Shown here one piece after another: positions 11,291 through 24,458 of a stretch of 64,000 bases of DNA (positions within the stretch are counted from its first letter, which is position 1; each line of letters opens with the position of its first letter). The notes under the pieces are model-generated. The model saw only the letters and a program-made list of their open reading frames with translations. It was not told where the DNA came from and did not search any database. The position numbers and the translations under genes were made by a program. The stretch is from Mobula hypostoma. Taxonomy: Eukaryota. The stretch is from assembly GCF_963921235.1 (NCBI RefSeq), contig NC_086109.1, positions 13,394,001 through 13,458,000 of the forward strand, read 5' to 3'.

Positions 11291-12745
11291 TTCTTGGATT
11301 TGCAGGTTGAGTCAGTGATGATGAAGGCAAAGGCAATATTAGCATTCTTTTCGAGAAGACTATAATGTAAGCGCAAGAATTTCATGCTGAAAATTTATGA
11401 GGCACTGGTCTGACCACGCTTGGAGTATCCTGAAAAAGTTTTGGGCCCCTTATCGAAGAAAGGACGTGCTAACATTGGAGAAGTTTCAGAGGAGGTTCAC
11501 AAGAATGATTCCAGGAATGAAAAGGTTACCATATGAGGAATGTTTGATGGCTCTAGGCCTGTACCCACTGTAATTTAAAATAATTTAAAAGAGGGGGTAT
11601 CTCATTAAAACAGACCCATATACAGTGGATGTGGAGAGGATGTTTCCTATAGTAGGGGAGTCTAGCACCACGGGGCACAGCTTCAGAATAGAGGTGTGGA
11701 GGAATTCCTTTATCCAGAGCATGGCGAGTCTGTGAAATTCATTGCCACAGGCAGCTGTGGGTGCATTTAAGATGGCGATTGATAGGTGGATTAGTTAGGA
11801 TGTGAAGGGTTATGGGGAGAAAACAGGAGACTAGGATAAAGAGGGAAAATGGATCAGCCATGTTGAAATATAGGAGCAGACTCAATGTGCTGAATGGCCT
11901 AATTCTCCTCCTATATTTTATGGTCTTATGGTCTCATTAGGGCATTAGAGATGGAGAGTGTCAGTAACTTTAAATTCCCTGGCGTTGCCATTTCGGAGGA
12001 TTTGTCCTGGGATCAGCTCCTAAGTGCCATTAAAAGTTTATGCAAAATTCAGCATGCCATCAAAAACTTTGATAAACTTCTATAGATGCACTGTGGAGCT
12101 TATCCTGACTGGTTGCATCACAGCCTGGTATGGAAACTTCAATATCCACTCAGCTCAGCACTGAACTCAACCGATGGGCTCACTTTCAAAGACTCTACAA
12201 CTCATGTTCTCAGTATTATTTATTTCCTTATTTCATTATTAGTATTATTTCTTTATTGTATTTGTATAGTTTGTCTTTTACACATTAGTTGCCTGTCAGT
12301 CTTTGTGAGTAGTTCTTCATTGATTCTATTGTATTTCTTTGTTCTACTGTGAATGCCTGCAAGAAAATGAATCATAGGGTAGTATATGCTGATATACAAA
12401 TATCTTGACAATAAATGTACTTTGAACTTTGATGGAACAAAATTTGTTTAGTTCTTTCTTACTGTACTTAACTGTGGATCAGACAATTTTACAAATGCAA
12501 TCAAACATAGAACAGCGTACATTTCAGCACGGTACAGGTCCTCTGGCCCATAATGTTGTGCCAACCTTTTAACCTAATCTAAGTTTAATCTAACCCTTCC
12601 CTCCTACATAGCCCTCCATTCTTCTATCATCCGTGTGCCCATTTAAAAGTCTTTAAGATGTCCCTAATGTATCTGCTTCTACTACCACCCTAGCAGGGCA
12701 TTCCACACACCCACCACTCTCTGTGTTTAAAAAAAAACTTAACTG

Positions 12746-14373
12746 CAGTGCCTAAAAGAGTATTCACCACATTCTTCTCCCACCCTTGGAAGTTTTCATG
12801 TTTTATTCTTCTACAACATTGAATCACAATGGATTTAATTTGGCTTTTTATGACACTGATCAACCAAAAAAGAATCTTTCATGTCAAAGTGAAAACAGAT
12901 CTCTACAAAGTGATCTAAATTAATTACAAATATAAAACACAAAATAATTGATTGCATAAGTACTCACCCCCTTTAATATGACAAACCAAATCGTCACTGG
13001 TGCAGCCAATTGGTTTTAGAAGTCACATAATTAGTTATGGTGTCCTAGCTATCTATAAACTTGTGTGCAGTCAAGGTGATTCAATTGATTGTAGTAAAGA
13101 TACACCTGTATCTGAAAGGTCCAACTGCTGGTGAGTCAGTATCCTGGCAAAAGCTACACCATGAAGACAAAGAACACTCCAAGCAACTCCATGAAAAGGT
13201 TATTGAAAGCACAAGTCTGGAGATAGATACAAGAAAATTTCCAAGTCACTGAATATCCCTCGGAGTACAGTTAAGTCAATCATCAAGAAATGGAAAGAAT
13301 ATGGCCACAGCTGTAAATCGGCCTACAGCAGGCCATCCTCAAAAACTGAGTGACCGTTCAAGAAGGGGACTAGTGAGGGAAGCCACCAAGAGACGTATGA
13401 CAACTCTGGAAGAGTTACAAACTTCAGTGGCAGAGATGGGAGAGACTGCGCATACACCAACTATTGCCCAGGTACTTCACTAGTCACAGCTTTATGGGAG
13501 AGAGGCAAAGAGAAAGCCACTGTTGAAAAAAAAACACCCACATGAAATCTCAGCTAGAGTTTTCCAGAAGGCATGTGGGAGTCTCTGAAGGTCTATGGTC
13601 TGATGAAACCAAAATTGAGATCTTTGGCCATCAGACTAAACACTATGTTGAATTAAGCCAAACACAGCACATCATCAAAACACACCATCCCTACCTTGAA
13701 GTGTGGTGGTGGCTGCATCATGCTGTGGAGATGCTTCACTGCAGCAGGCTTTGGAAGGTTTGTGAAGTGAGCGGGTAAAATGAATGCAGCAAAGTACAAA
13801 GAAATCCTGGAGGAAATCTTGTTGCAGTCTGCAAGAGAACTGTGACTTGGGAGAAGATTTGTTTTCCAGCAAGACAATGACGCCAAGCATAAAGACAAAG
13901 CTGCACAGGAATGGCTTAAACAACAAACAACTCTGGAGTGGGCAAGTCAGAGTCCAGACCTCAATCCAATTGAGAATTTGTGGCTGGACTTGAAAAGGAC
14001 TGTTCACTCATGATCCCCATGCAATCTGACAGAGCTTGAGCAGTTTTGTAAAGAAGAATGGAGGAAAATTGCAGTGTCCAATGTGCAAAGCTGATAGAGA
14101 CCTTTCCACACAGACTCAAGGCTGTAATCGCTGTCAAAGGTACATCTACTAAATATTGACTTGATGGGGGTGAATACTTATGAAATCAATTGTTGTGTTT
14201 TATATTTGTAAGTAATTTAGACCAACCTGTAGAAATTTGTTTTCACTTATGCACGAATGACTCTTTTCTGTTGATCAGTGTTAAAAAAAACAATTAAATC
14301 CACTGTGATTCAATGTTGCAAAACAGTAAAACAAGAAAACTTCCAAAGGGGTGAATAGTTTTTATAGGCACTG
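12746..14373 (+). mobile_element. Full-length Tc1 DNA transposon with long IR/DR-type inverted repeats
   Basis: CAGTGCCTA...TAGGCACTG termini, flanked by TG and TA. Inverted repeats of about 230 bp with inner repeats (AAGTACTCACCCCC near 12958, GGGGGTGAATACTT near 14166). 1628 bp. Confidence 0.93.
13161..14159 (+). pseudogene. Tc1 DD34E transposase pseudogene
   Basis: [38 protein letters not shown] and [11 protein letters not shown] motifs spread across shifted frames. Confidence 0.9.
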
Positions 14374-15237
14374 TAAATAAGAGTTTTAGAATTTACCTAA
14401 ATAAAAGATTTAAACTGTATTGATGTATGGAAATAGATGGGGAATAGGGAGATGTTACTGACATGCAATACACTTAGCCGAACAACAGGAAAACCCTGAG
14501 TTTCATTTGCTGATGAGGAGAATCAGCCTAAAACATCAACTGTTCTCTTTTCCATAGATACTGCTTGGCCTGCTGAGTTCTTTCAACATTTTGTGTGTGT
14601 TGTTTGGATTTCCAGCATCTGCAGATTTTCTCTCTTTGGTTTCATTTGCTATCATCTACTGTGTTGGTGCAAATATAATTTGCAATGAAATTCTAACAGT
14701 AAGCTTCTTTAGCTCGGCATCATCATTCCAGCAATCAAATAAACAAACTACATCCTGTTTAATCAATCGCTGGTATTTTATATATTGCTTACTAAACAGT
14801 TTACCTCTGGCAGTCTGCCTTTTATTTAAAGTTATTGCTTGTAAAGACTCTAATGATCAAGCTGTTGGATGTGGAAGTGATGAAATTCTTCCACTACAGA
14901 TCATTCAACAGCCAGCAAAGTGAAATCAGTGTGCTGGATGGTTCTGTGACAGAAATGATCAAACAAATGAATCACAATTGCAGAAACAACATCACTTAAA
15001 GGAGCAAAATTTGTAACTTCCTTTTGGTTTTCATATGAAGAGGACGGCCAACTTCAGAGAAGAGTGTTATTTGAAAGGATAATAAACTGACAGTGGTAAC
15101 CATATCAGTTGTGTATTGTGTACCTGTGACCTTAATAAGCTGATTACCGATTTGTTGTTCCATCACTTGGTCAGATTATAACTTGTAGCTCAGAGCCATG
15201 TTTCGCTCTACCGCCATGTTCCTTGATGCCTTTAATA

Positions 15238-15988
15238 CAGGGATCCCCAACCTTTTTTGCACAACGGACTGGTTTAATATTGACAATACTCTTGCGGACT
15301 GGCCGACCGGGAGAGGGGGGTGTGTTCAAGTAGAGTTAAACTCACCTCAACATGTCTTTTACAGTTAGGGTTGCCAACCTTCTCACTCCAAAATAAGGGA
15401 CAAAAGTATCAGTCAAATCCCAGGACACTGGAAAGACTACCATAACCATGAAGCCTTGCGCGGGCACCTGTGTGCGCATACGTGACGTGCGCATTTGCGC
15501 ACCTGCCGAATTTTTCCCCACCAATCGGTTTTGCCTTCATCTTCCCGACTATACTGTACATACATTATTTCTACTTTATATAGGCTGTGTATTTATCATA
15601 TCATTCCTGCTTTTACTATATGTTATTTATTTTCGGTTTTATGTGTTATTTGGTGTGATTTGTTAGGTTATTTTTTGGGTCTGGAAACGCTCAAAAATTT
15701 TCCCATATAAATTAATGGTAATTGCTTCTTCGCTTCACGTCATTTCGGCACGAAAGGTTTCATAGGAATGCTCTACCTTAGCGAGGGAAATACGGGACAA
15801 ACCAATTTAGCCCAATATATGGGATGTCCTGGCAAATACGGGACAGTTGGCAACCCTATGTTCAAGTTCAACGGTGCGTGACAGGGAATGAGGAAAGGTG
15901 CAGTTGACTCGTATCGTTTCCTCACGGCCTGGTAGCACCTGCTCTGCGGTCCAGTACCGGTCCGCGGCCCGGTGTTTGGGGAGCACTG
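15238..15988. mobile_element. Composite hAT-type MITE
   Basis: CAGGGATCCCCAA...TTGGGGAGCACTG termini with a perfect 8-bp target duplication CTTTAATA (15230-15237, 15989-15996); a second element is nested inside. Confidence 0.85.
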
Positions 15989-16937
15989 CTTTAATATATA
16001 GATTCAGATTTTTTTTTGGATTCAGATTTATTTATCACAGGTACATTGAGACACACAGTGAGACGTGTTTATTTGCATTAACAACCAAAACACCCAAGGA
16101 TGTGCTGGGGGCAGCCCGCAAATGCCGCCACACATTCGGGCGTCAACGCAGCGTGCCCACAATGCTCACCAGAACGTACAATCGACAACCACTACAGCCA
16201 CAAAATTAAAAACAGACAGCAACAAAGCAATTTCCTTTCCCACCCTCCCACCCCTGTGCAATCATACACACACACACACAGGCCTCCAGCCCCAGGGCAA
16301 GCTGCATCCGGGACTCCAGACCTTGACCCCAGAATGTAATATCTAGTACTATTGAAGTCCACGATGTCCAGGAGATATTTTCCTTTTTCTTACATCATGA
16401 CCTTTCCATGACTGTTATGACTGGGGTTCTCGACTGTATCTTAGCTCTTCCTCACATTCCTGCTTCATCTACTGGACACAGCGGTGATAAAAGCTCCCAT
16501 GGTCCTCACCTTTCACCCTACTAGTCTCTGCAGTGAATATGTTGATGCACTTTCTGTTACCTTTAATGAGATTTCACCCTTGCACATATCTTCACCTCCC
16601 CTCACTTCCCAGCATTCTGGAAAGGCACTCCCTTCAGACTACATAGTGCATACTTCTGTTTCCAGCAATCAACTCCCTTCTCGAGCAGCAGGGGTTAAGT
16701 GTCAACTTTATTCTCCATATACAGTACATTTACATGCATTAGGAATGTGCCGTAGTGTGATGTGCAACAAGAAACAACAACATTCAGCAATAAATAAAGA
16801 ACTATATAAAAATAACTTTAGAGATTAAAGTACGGATATGGAATACAATGAGCCTCAATAAATAATTTACAGCATTCATTTACAAAGTAAACAGCATTAC
16901 AGTGCAGTGACATGAGCAATAAGGGGTGGAGGGATTT

Positions 16938-17030
16938 TCTCTCTCTCTCGCTCTCACTCTTATTCTCTTTCTCTCTATCTCTCTCTCTCTCTCCCCTTCT
17001 CTCTCTCACTCAGTCTGTCTGTCTGTCTCT
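16938..17030. repeat. Imperfect (CT)n/(CTGT)n microsatellite
   Basis: Visible dinucleotide and tetranucleotide run. Confidence 0.9.
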
Positions 17031-17580
17031 TTGTGGAAAGGGTGCACAAAAAATTCACTAGATACTACTGTGGCTGGATGGCTTACACCATGAGGAGGGA
17101 CTGGAGAGGCTAGGGCTTTATTTTCCTCTGGAATACTGGGGGCTGAGGGGGTGACCTTACAGTGGTACAGAATATAAAATCAGGAAGGATGTAGAAAGGG
17201 TGTTGATAAAGTCTTTTTTTTAGGGAGGGGATATCTAAAACTTGAGGATATGACTTTCGCGTGTAAGGGGATGATTTAAAAATAACTTGAGGGCAAACAT
17301 TTTCACTACAGGAGAGTGGGTATTTGGAATGAGTTGCCAGAGGTCGTACTAGAAGCAAGATTATCTACAATGTTTAAATGATAAACACAAGAAATTCTGC
17401 AGATGCAGGAAATCCAAAGCAACACACACAAAATGCTGGAGGAAATCAGCAGATCAGGCTAGAAATGAACAACCAGTTAACATTTTGGGCTTTTCTTCAG
17501 AACATATAAATAACAACAGCACAAGTATATGAATAGGCAAGATTCAAAGGGATATGGGCCAAATGCAGGCAAATGGGATT

Positions 17581-19035
17581 AACATTGACTTCTCTAACTT
17601 CCGCTAATGCCCCACCTCCCCCTCGTACCCCATCCATTATTTATTTATATACACACATTCTTTCTCTCTCTCTCCTTTTTCTCCCTCTGTCCCTCTGACT
17701 ATACCCCTTGCCCATCCTCTGGGCTTCCCCCCCCTCCCCCTTTTCTTTCTCCGTAGGCCTCCTGTCCCATGATCCTCTCGTATCCCTTTTGCCAATCAAC
17801 TGTCCAGCTCTTGGCTCCATCCCTCCCTCTCCTGTCTTCTCCTATCATTTTGGATCTCCCCCTCCCTCCCCCACTTTCAAATCTCTTACTAGCTCTTCTT
17901 TCAGTTAGTCCTGACGAAGGGTCTCAGCCCGAAACTTTGACTGTACCTCTTCCTAGAGATGCTGCCTGGCCTGCTGCATTCACCAGCAACTAAGTGTGCA
18001 TGTGCCGGTCGTGCATGCAGCCTGTTACAGCCGTTCCGAATAGTTTTCTTACTTTTTTTCTTCTTACTTTTTTAACTTACGTTATTTGTTGTATTTTTTT
18101 TCATGCTAACACGTCGAAGCTGCACCCTCTCTAACATGCTGGTGGAGAGAGTTTTATTTGGGTTTTTAGCGCTGGAAATAGTTACATTCCAACACGTCTC
18201 ATTAGCGGGGCAGCAGTATGGTCACATTGTTTATTCCAGGGACCAGCTGATTGCGCTTATGCCGTCTGGTTTAGCGAGCAGAGCAGCAGACACCCCTGCT
18301 GAAATCTGGAGGAAAACACACAGAGGATGCAGAGGAGGATCACAAAGGCAAGGAAAGAGGACTGGGTCGAGACAACAGAGACTTATGGAGAAGAGGAGTT
18401 CAGTGGGTAATGAAATGGATGAGTTGATGGCACTAGCCAGGAGTCAGAGAACATTTCAGGAGTGCAGTGTTATGTGTTCTACTAAAATGGGGCTGCACGA
18501 GGACATACCCGATCAAAACTTTTCCATGGATGGCTTCCAGACCGTTCGGGCTGACCGGAAGTGCACTGAGAGTGGTAAGCGTAAAGGAGTTGGGGTCCTG
18601 CTGTTCTGGTTAACAGCGGATGGTGCAATCCTGGTCATATTATGATTGAGGAACATGTTTGTAGACCGGATATTGAATTTTTTACTGTTGGACTTTGGCC
18701 ATATTCCACCAAGATACAAAACTGGGCGTCACGGGAGGTTGTTCCTGCCTGTGGCCATCGAACTTTGCAGCTCCTCCCGTGGAGGGTCAGACACCCTGAG
18801 CCAATAGGATGGTCCTAGACTTATTTCCATCTGGCATAGTTTGCATATTGTTGTTTGATTGTTTGTGGTTTTTGTATTGCTATATTTATGCTCTATTCTT
18901 GGTTGGCGCGGCTGTAACGAAACCCAATTTCCCTCGGGATCAATAAAATATATCTATCTATCTATCTATCTACCTATCTATCTTTGATGTGTGTTGCTTG
19001 AATTTCCAGCATCTGCAGAATTCCTCATGTTTGGG
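17581..19035 (+). mobile_element. Solo Penelope pseudo-LTR split by a LINE-derived insertion; degenerate hammerhead at 17907-17943
   Basis: Pseudo-LTR breaks at CACCAGCAACT (17991) and resumes at TTTGATGTGTGTTGC (about 18983). Confidence 0.85.
17992..18982 (+). mobile_element. Internally deleted Rex1/Babar-like LINE derivative (5' end and endonuclease N-terminus joined to 3' end)
   Basis: ORF 18103-18645 contains ECSVMC..LHEDIPD..MDGFQTVRADR..SGKRKG (apurinic endonuclease start), then jumps to the 3' terminus, AATAAA and a (TATC)n tail. Confidence 0.75.
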
Positions 19036-20589
19036 ATTATCTCCAGTGGGCACCTTGGTCAGCATGAACAATTGGACTGAAGGAGCTTCTTCCAGACTTT
19101 GTCACACCATGACCCATGAAAAAGCATACTTCCTCTCCTTCCAGTTCACACGAAGGGTCTCTCACCCAAAACCTTCATATCGTCTCTCTCTATAGATGCT
19201 GCCTCTCATGCTGTAAATCCAAAGCAACACACACACACACACACACACAATACTGGAGGAACTCAGCAGGTCAGGCAGCATCTATGGAAATCAATAAACA
19301 GTTGACTATTCATGCCAAACCCCTTCAGAGACTTGTTACCAGCAAATTCTGTTTCTCCATCTATTTGGCTCTGCCATAAATGCATTCAGTGCCTGGGCCC
19401 CCACCGCCCTGTAGGATATAGAATCTCAACCCTTCATCTCTCTCTGTGTGAGGGATTTTCTTATCACCATTCTGAATAGCTGGCCTCTTAAGTAAACAGA
19501 TGGAATGCTGATTCAAAGCACTCCAGCCTAGGAATATATTCAAGCAAGTACACTTCAAGGCTGCCTATGCAAACATTATTTAATTAATGATAATGAACAA
19601 CAATATCATCCCAGCATCTTACCTTGCCAAACCAAAGATTAACTTTGTATGTATCTCTGAGATGACTCCTCATTCTTCTATATCCTTGTGAATGCAGGCA
19701 CAGTCTGCTTCATCAGATCCACAGTGGAATTACTCAGGTGAACCCACAGTATGTTCCGCTTCCTCTTTCAGAAGTATTTCCACCTGAACAATGTAAAATT
19801 ACAAAGCTAATGTGCTTGGCAAAACAGTCCATTTCTAAGTGTCAGTAAGGATTAGATCTCAGCTCTGAACAATGTTAAAATAAAAGTCTGGTACATGAAC
19901 CTCACTGGTTGGGGAGGACCCAGTTACAAAAAAACACTTCCACGTTGACATAAGGGGTACCGCAGATGCTGGAGATCTGGAGCAATGCACACAGTGCTGG
20001 AGGAGCTCAGCAGGTCAGCAGCGTCTATGGATGGGAATAAACAGTCGACGTTTTGTGCTGAGACCCTTCCTCAAGACTCCAGCATCTGCAGTATCTCTTG
20101 TGTCTATGATTTACTTTTTCACTGCAAAGTTTCTTCGAGGTACGATGATTCTAAAGAGTTTAAATCTTCTTTTTGATGGGAGTTCTACGAGACCCTCTCT
20201 GACTGCTCCTCCACTGTGATCTCTGCTGCTCTCTGACTTTTCAACCACGTGCTCACCCAGACTTGTTATCATAACCACGTATCCTTCCTAGGAACTTGTC
20301 TTTGCTGTTAGTCCTGATAAAGGGAATCAGCCAGAAACGTTGACTGATTATTACCATCCATAGATGCTGCCTTACCTGCTGAGATCCTCCAGCACATTGT
20401 GTGTAACACTTTGTCACTAAAATGTTCCTTTTCTTTTCCATTAGAATGCTGAACTCTTCTCCCCATTCCACCAACAACAATGGAGCAGAAATCAAAGATG
20501 ATGGAAATAATTGATTGGTTTCTCTCCGGATCTTTAATGCCGTCCTTGTAGAGTTTGCGCATTCTTCCCTGACTGTAAAACCAAAAACA

Positions 20590-21375
20590 CAGGAGCAGAA
20601 TTAGGCCTTTTGGCCCATTGAGTGTATTCCACTATTCCATCACGTTTGATTTATTATCCCTCTCAACCTGATACTCCTGTCTTCTCTCTGTAACGTATGA
20701 CGCCATTACTAATCAAGAACCTATCGACCTTCTCTTTAAATATACCCAATGACTTGGCCTCGACAGCTGTAATTGGCAATGAATTCCACAGATTCTCCAC
20801 CCTCTGGCTAAAGAAATTCCTCCTCATCTCAGCAATGGAAAATGGCGGTCTATGTATAAGGAAAGGGTAGGTTCAAATGTTGGCACAACACAACATCATG
20901 GGCCAAAAGTGCCGTGCTGTAGTTTTTGATCTTTTATGTTCTTTCTTTCTATTTTTAAAAATTTTATTTTTATTCAGAATCACAGCGTTGAATAGTCCTT
21001 TCCAGTCCTTCAAGCCATAGTGGTCCGCAACCCCCGACAAGCCCGATTTCACCCTAAGCTTCTCACGAGACAATTCACAATGACCACTTATTCTACCCGG
21101 TACATATAGAGACCTTGCAGAGGACACCGGAATTGACTCCAATGCCTCAAGCTGCAATGGTGTTGAGCTAACCACTACATCACCATGGTGCCCATGTTCT
21201 ATCTCTGTTCTAAAGGGACGTCCTTGGATTCTGAGGCTGTTCCCTCTGGTCCTCGACTCACCCAGTATTGGAAACATTCTCTCCACGTCCTTTCAATATT
21301 CAGTTGGTTTCAATGAGATCCTCCCTCATACATCAAAACTCCAATGAGTACAGGCCCAGGGCCATCAAGTGGTCT
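20590..21375 (-). mobile_element. CR1 3' fragment split by SINE-like inserts (about 20832-21195)
   Basis: ERMFPILGESRTRGNSLRIQGRPFRTE; CR1 3' UTR at 20590-20830. Confidence 0.75.
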
Positions 21376-21799
21376 CTTATAGTATGTTACTCCTTGTGAC
21401 TTTGTGGCTTACCTGTTTCCTCTGATGTGCCAAGAGTGAGCAAGAAGGTTAATTACTCACTGTAAATTATCCCTATTGTGCAAAAGTGGTAATATAGTGG
21501 GCATAGAGTGAGTGTTGATGGGAAACAATGGAAAATATGGGTTGGGGAAGATTTGTTTTGCTAAATAGGTGACTGATGGTAAGTAAAGATTCAGAGGATT
21601 GAAGGGCCTCTTTCTGTACCATATGTCTCCATGACTCCATTAATGTCTGTAGACTGTGCAGTCTGAACTTGTCAAGGTGATGCTCTATCCACCAGACTTC
21701 ACTGTAAACAGCAGGATCACTTCATCTAGGATAACCACTGTCCTACCTATTCTCTCTGTACCTTAAACCTCACTTGTTTGTTCTCTTTCCCAGTTTTCA

Positions 21800-22410
21800 T
21801 GAAGGGTTTTTTGACATTCTGCATGTTGGAAGAGGCCAGAAGAGAGAATGTCCAGGACGGCCAAGGTGTTTGATTCTGTTGGTTGCTTTGTTGAGGGAGT
21901 GAGAAGTATCGACAGAACCACAGAGAGTAAGTTGGTTTCTGTGAAGTGCTGAGCTGTGCCCACATCTCTCAATAGTTTCCTGTGGTCACATGCAATGCAG
22001 TTGCCTCACCATGCTTTTATGCATCTGGGTAGTATGATTTCTCTAGTGCATCAATAAAATCTGGGAAGGGTTGACGGGGACATGTAAAATTTCTTTAGCC
22101 TCCTGAAGAAGTAGAGACATTGGTGGGATTTCTTTGCCATGATGTTTACGTGGTTGGACCAGGATGGACTACTGGTGAAGGTAGCTCTTTGGTCTTTAAT
22201 GCTGTCAACCCTGACATCATGAACACCATTGATGTACCAGCCTCCCATTCCCCAGAAGTGAATGACCAGCTCTTTTGTTTTGCTGACGTTGAGGGAAAAG
22301 TTGTTGCCATGACACCATGTCACTCAGCTGTCCATCTCCTTCCTGTGGTTATTTCCTCATTGTTATCTGAGATGCCACCCATTACAGTGGTACCAACTCC
22401 AATATTATAG
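21800..22410 (-). mobile_element. Decayed Rex1/Babar-like LINE fragment
   Basis: WCHGNNFSLNVSKTKELVIHF, KKSHQCLYFFRRLKKF. Confidence 0.75.
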
Positions 22411-23451
22411 ATCAGGGTCTCCCAACCTAGGGTCTGTTGACCCCTTGCTTAATGGTATGAATCCATGGCATAAATAAGATTGGGAATTCAATATAGATGG
22501 AGTAAGAGCAGAGTGTTTATTGTTCCATACACTATCTACAGTCTCTAATTTGGACTTCTAATATTTTGTTTGGCTAGTTGATAAAGGTACTTTTTAAAAT
22601 GGAAATATTTGTTCTTGCAACAAATCATCTACATTTCACTCAGGCCAGTCTTCATGTAAAGCTGCCAATACACGTACTGACAGCTTGGCGAACACACAAC
22701 TTCTAATGTCGTGGGTGGCAGGAAGCTAGGCATAGTCATTTAGAATCCGTTAAAGATTAATTTATTCCCCTGGACCACTGGTTCTTCAACACAAAGCCAA
22801 GCAAGTTTAATTAAAGGTATCTTTCCACACCAGCACCATGGGAGCTGTTATCTTGATAGTGATAACAAAAGTGAGAAGGTTAGCACAGATCAAAGGAGTC
22901 TGGAAATTTATATATCTCTATCTCTCTCTCTATCCATATATAATTTTTTTTCAAGACAAATTACTACAGTACTGTGCAAATGTCTGAGGTGCTACTTTTG
23001 TACAGCAATGTAGTAATTTTCATGAAGAAAAAGTTCACGACATATGTGAGTGATGATAAACCTGATTCTGAGATGGGTCTCTATTGTGGACTGAGATTGG
23101 GAAGAGGGGCAGAGAGAGGGGAATCATGCTTGTGAATAGGGAAAAGGAGAGGAGAGGGAGCAGGAAGCAACAGAGAGTCATTTTCTAATGGTCATTAAAC
23201 CAATTGTGTGGAATCAAATGACCTTACCTGCTGTCTCAGAGCTGGGGGTGTCAGCACCCATGCCACGTCCTGCCCCTGGCACTCCTTCTCTGCCATCTCT
23301 TGCGGCACTTCACCCTGGCCATTCCCAACGTCCTTTGCTCCCCCCAGATTTGCGAGCTCGCTCTCCCCTCCACTCTGACAAATACAGTATTGTGCAAAAA
23401 ATCTTAGGCAGCCTAGCTCTCTATATATATCTCTAAGACTTTTGTACAGTA

Positions 23452-23454
<3 letters not shown>

Positions 23455-23499
<45 letters not shown>

Positions 23500-23501
23500 T
23501 A
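23455..23501. repeat. Compound (TA)n(CA)n microsatellite
   Basis: Direct reading. Confidence 0.95.
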
Positions 23502-24458
23502 CAGATCGGTATAGACATGTAGATAGCTCTAGCTAGATAGATATAAAGACACAGATATAAGCAAACCCATATATCCTATGGTAGGTGAGTCTCAAACTGG
23601 AGGCTATACTTTGGAATAAATTGAGAGCAGAAAAACTTAAAAGAGATTTTTAAATCAACACTTTAATTTATTTCCTTAGCACCATCACACGTAACTAACT
23701 GCTTTGTAAAACTAAGGTACATTTGCACAAGCTGAATTGGGATTTTATATAGATAAATGTAGACACAAGATCACACCCCATTTCTGGTAAGTTTTTGCCT
23801 TCAGCATAACTATAGTCTGGAAAAACAGTGTATTTTAAAGGTTTTTGACTGACCCAAGGAGAATTCCAATTTTTTAAAAAATAACTTTTCTTTCTTTTTT
23901 TCCTTCAATATGTAACTGGTTTCTGGATGGTGTTGAATGGAACAGAAGCCTTTATCCTGGTCAGAGAGTCAATGTGATTCTGCTTAATGAAACATCTGGT
24001 CTGACAAGGTCTTCGGATACATCCTTTCCGTGTCAGTTACAACCACACACAGAGCCTGCATTCGTGGCTGCTAGTATTGTAACATAAACTATTGTAGCCA
24101 CATTTTCACGACCAACACTGCAGTTTGAATCTGAAACAGGTATGATTCAACTTCAGCTGCATCATTCTCCAATTTCTCCAACCTACCCCCACTCTCTATT
24201 GCTTTCTCTTCCTTCCTGAGACCTACTGACTTCCTCCTAACCCACCCCTGACCCCTACCCCCACCCTCATCAGCCTGATTTTCCCCTCCTCCACCCAGTC
24301 TGTTAGAAATTATTCTGGAGATCTGAAGACAGCAGACTCCGAGATTCAGAAACAACTTCTTTGCCTCCACGATCAAACTTCTGAATGTTCCATGAAACCA
24401 TGAGCACCACCTCACTCTTCCTTTTGCTTTGCACTGCTTATTTAATTAATAGTAATTT

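Larger units (their letters stand above)
9945..11935 (+). mobile_element. Decayed CR1 RT 3' half interrupted by a MITE and a SINE-like element
   Basis: Colinear with 6740-7750 once 10014-10366 and 10644-11290 are removed. Confidence 0.8.

Noticed and set aside
14800..14960. Minus-strand segment bounded by acceptor- and donor-like sites
   Set aside because: All three frames contain stops; no support for a coding exon, and a non-coding exon cannot be shown from sequence alone.
23881..24087. Open frame with WFLDG...DTSFPCQ resembling an immunoglobulin-domain exon
   Set aside because: The pyrimidine tract ends in CAA rather than AG, the D-x-G-x-Y-x-C pattern is poor, and no donor site or partner exons are visible.
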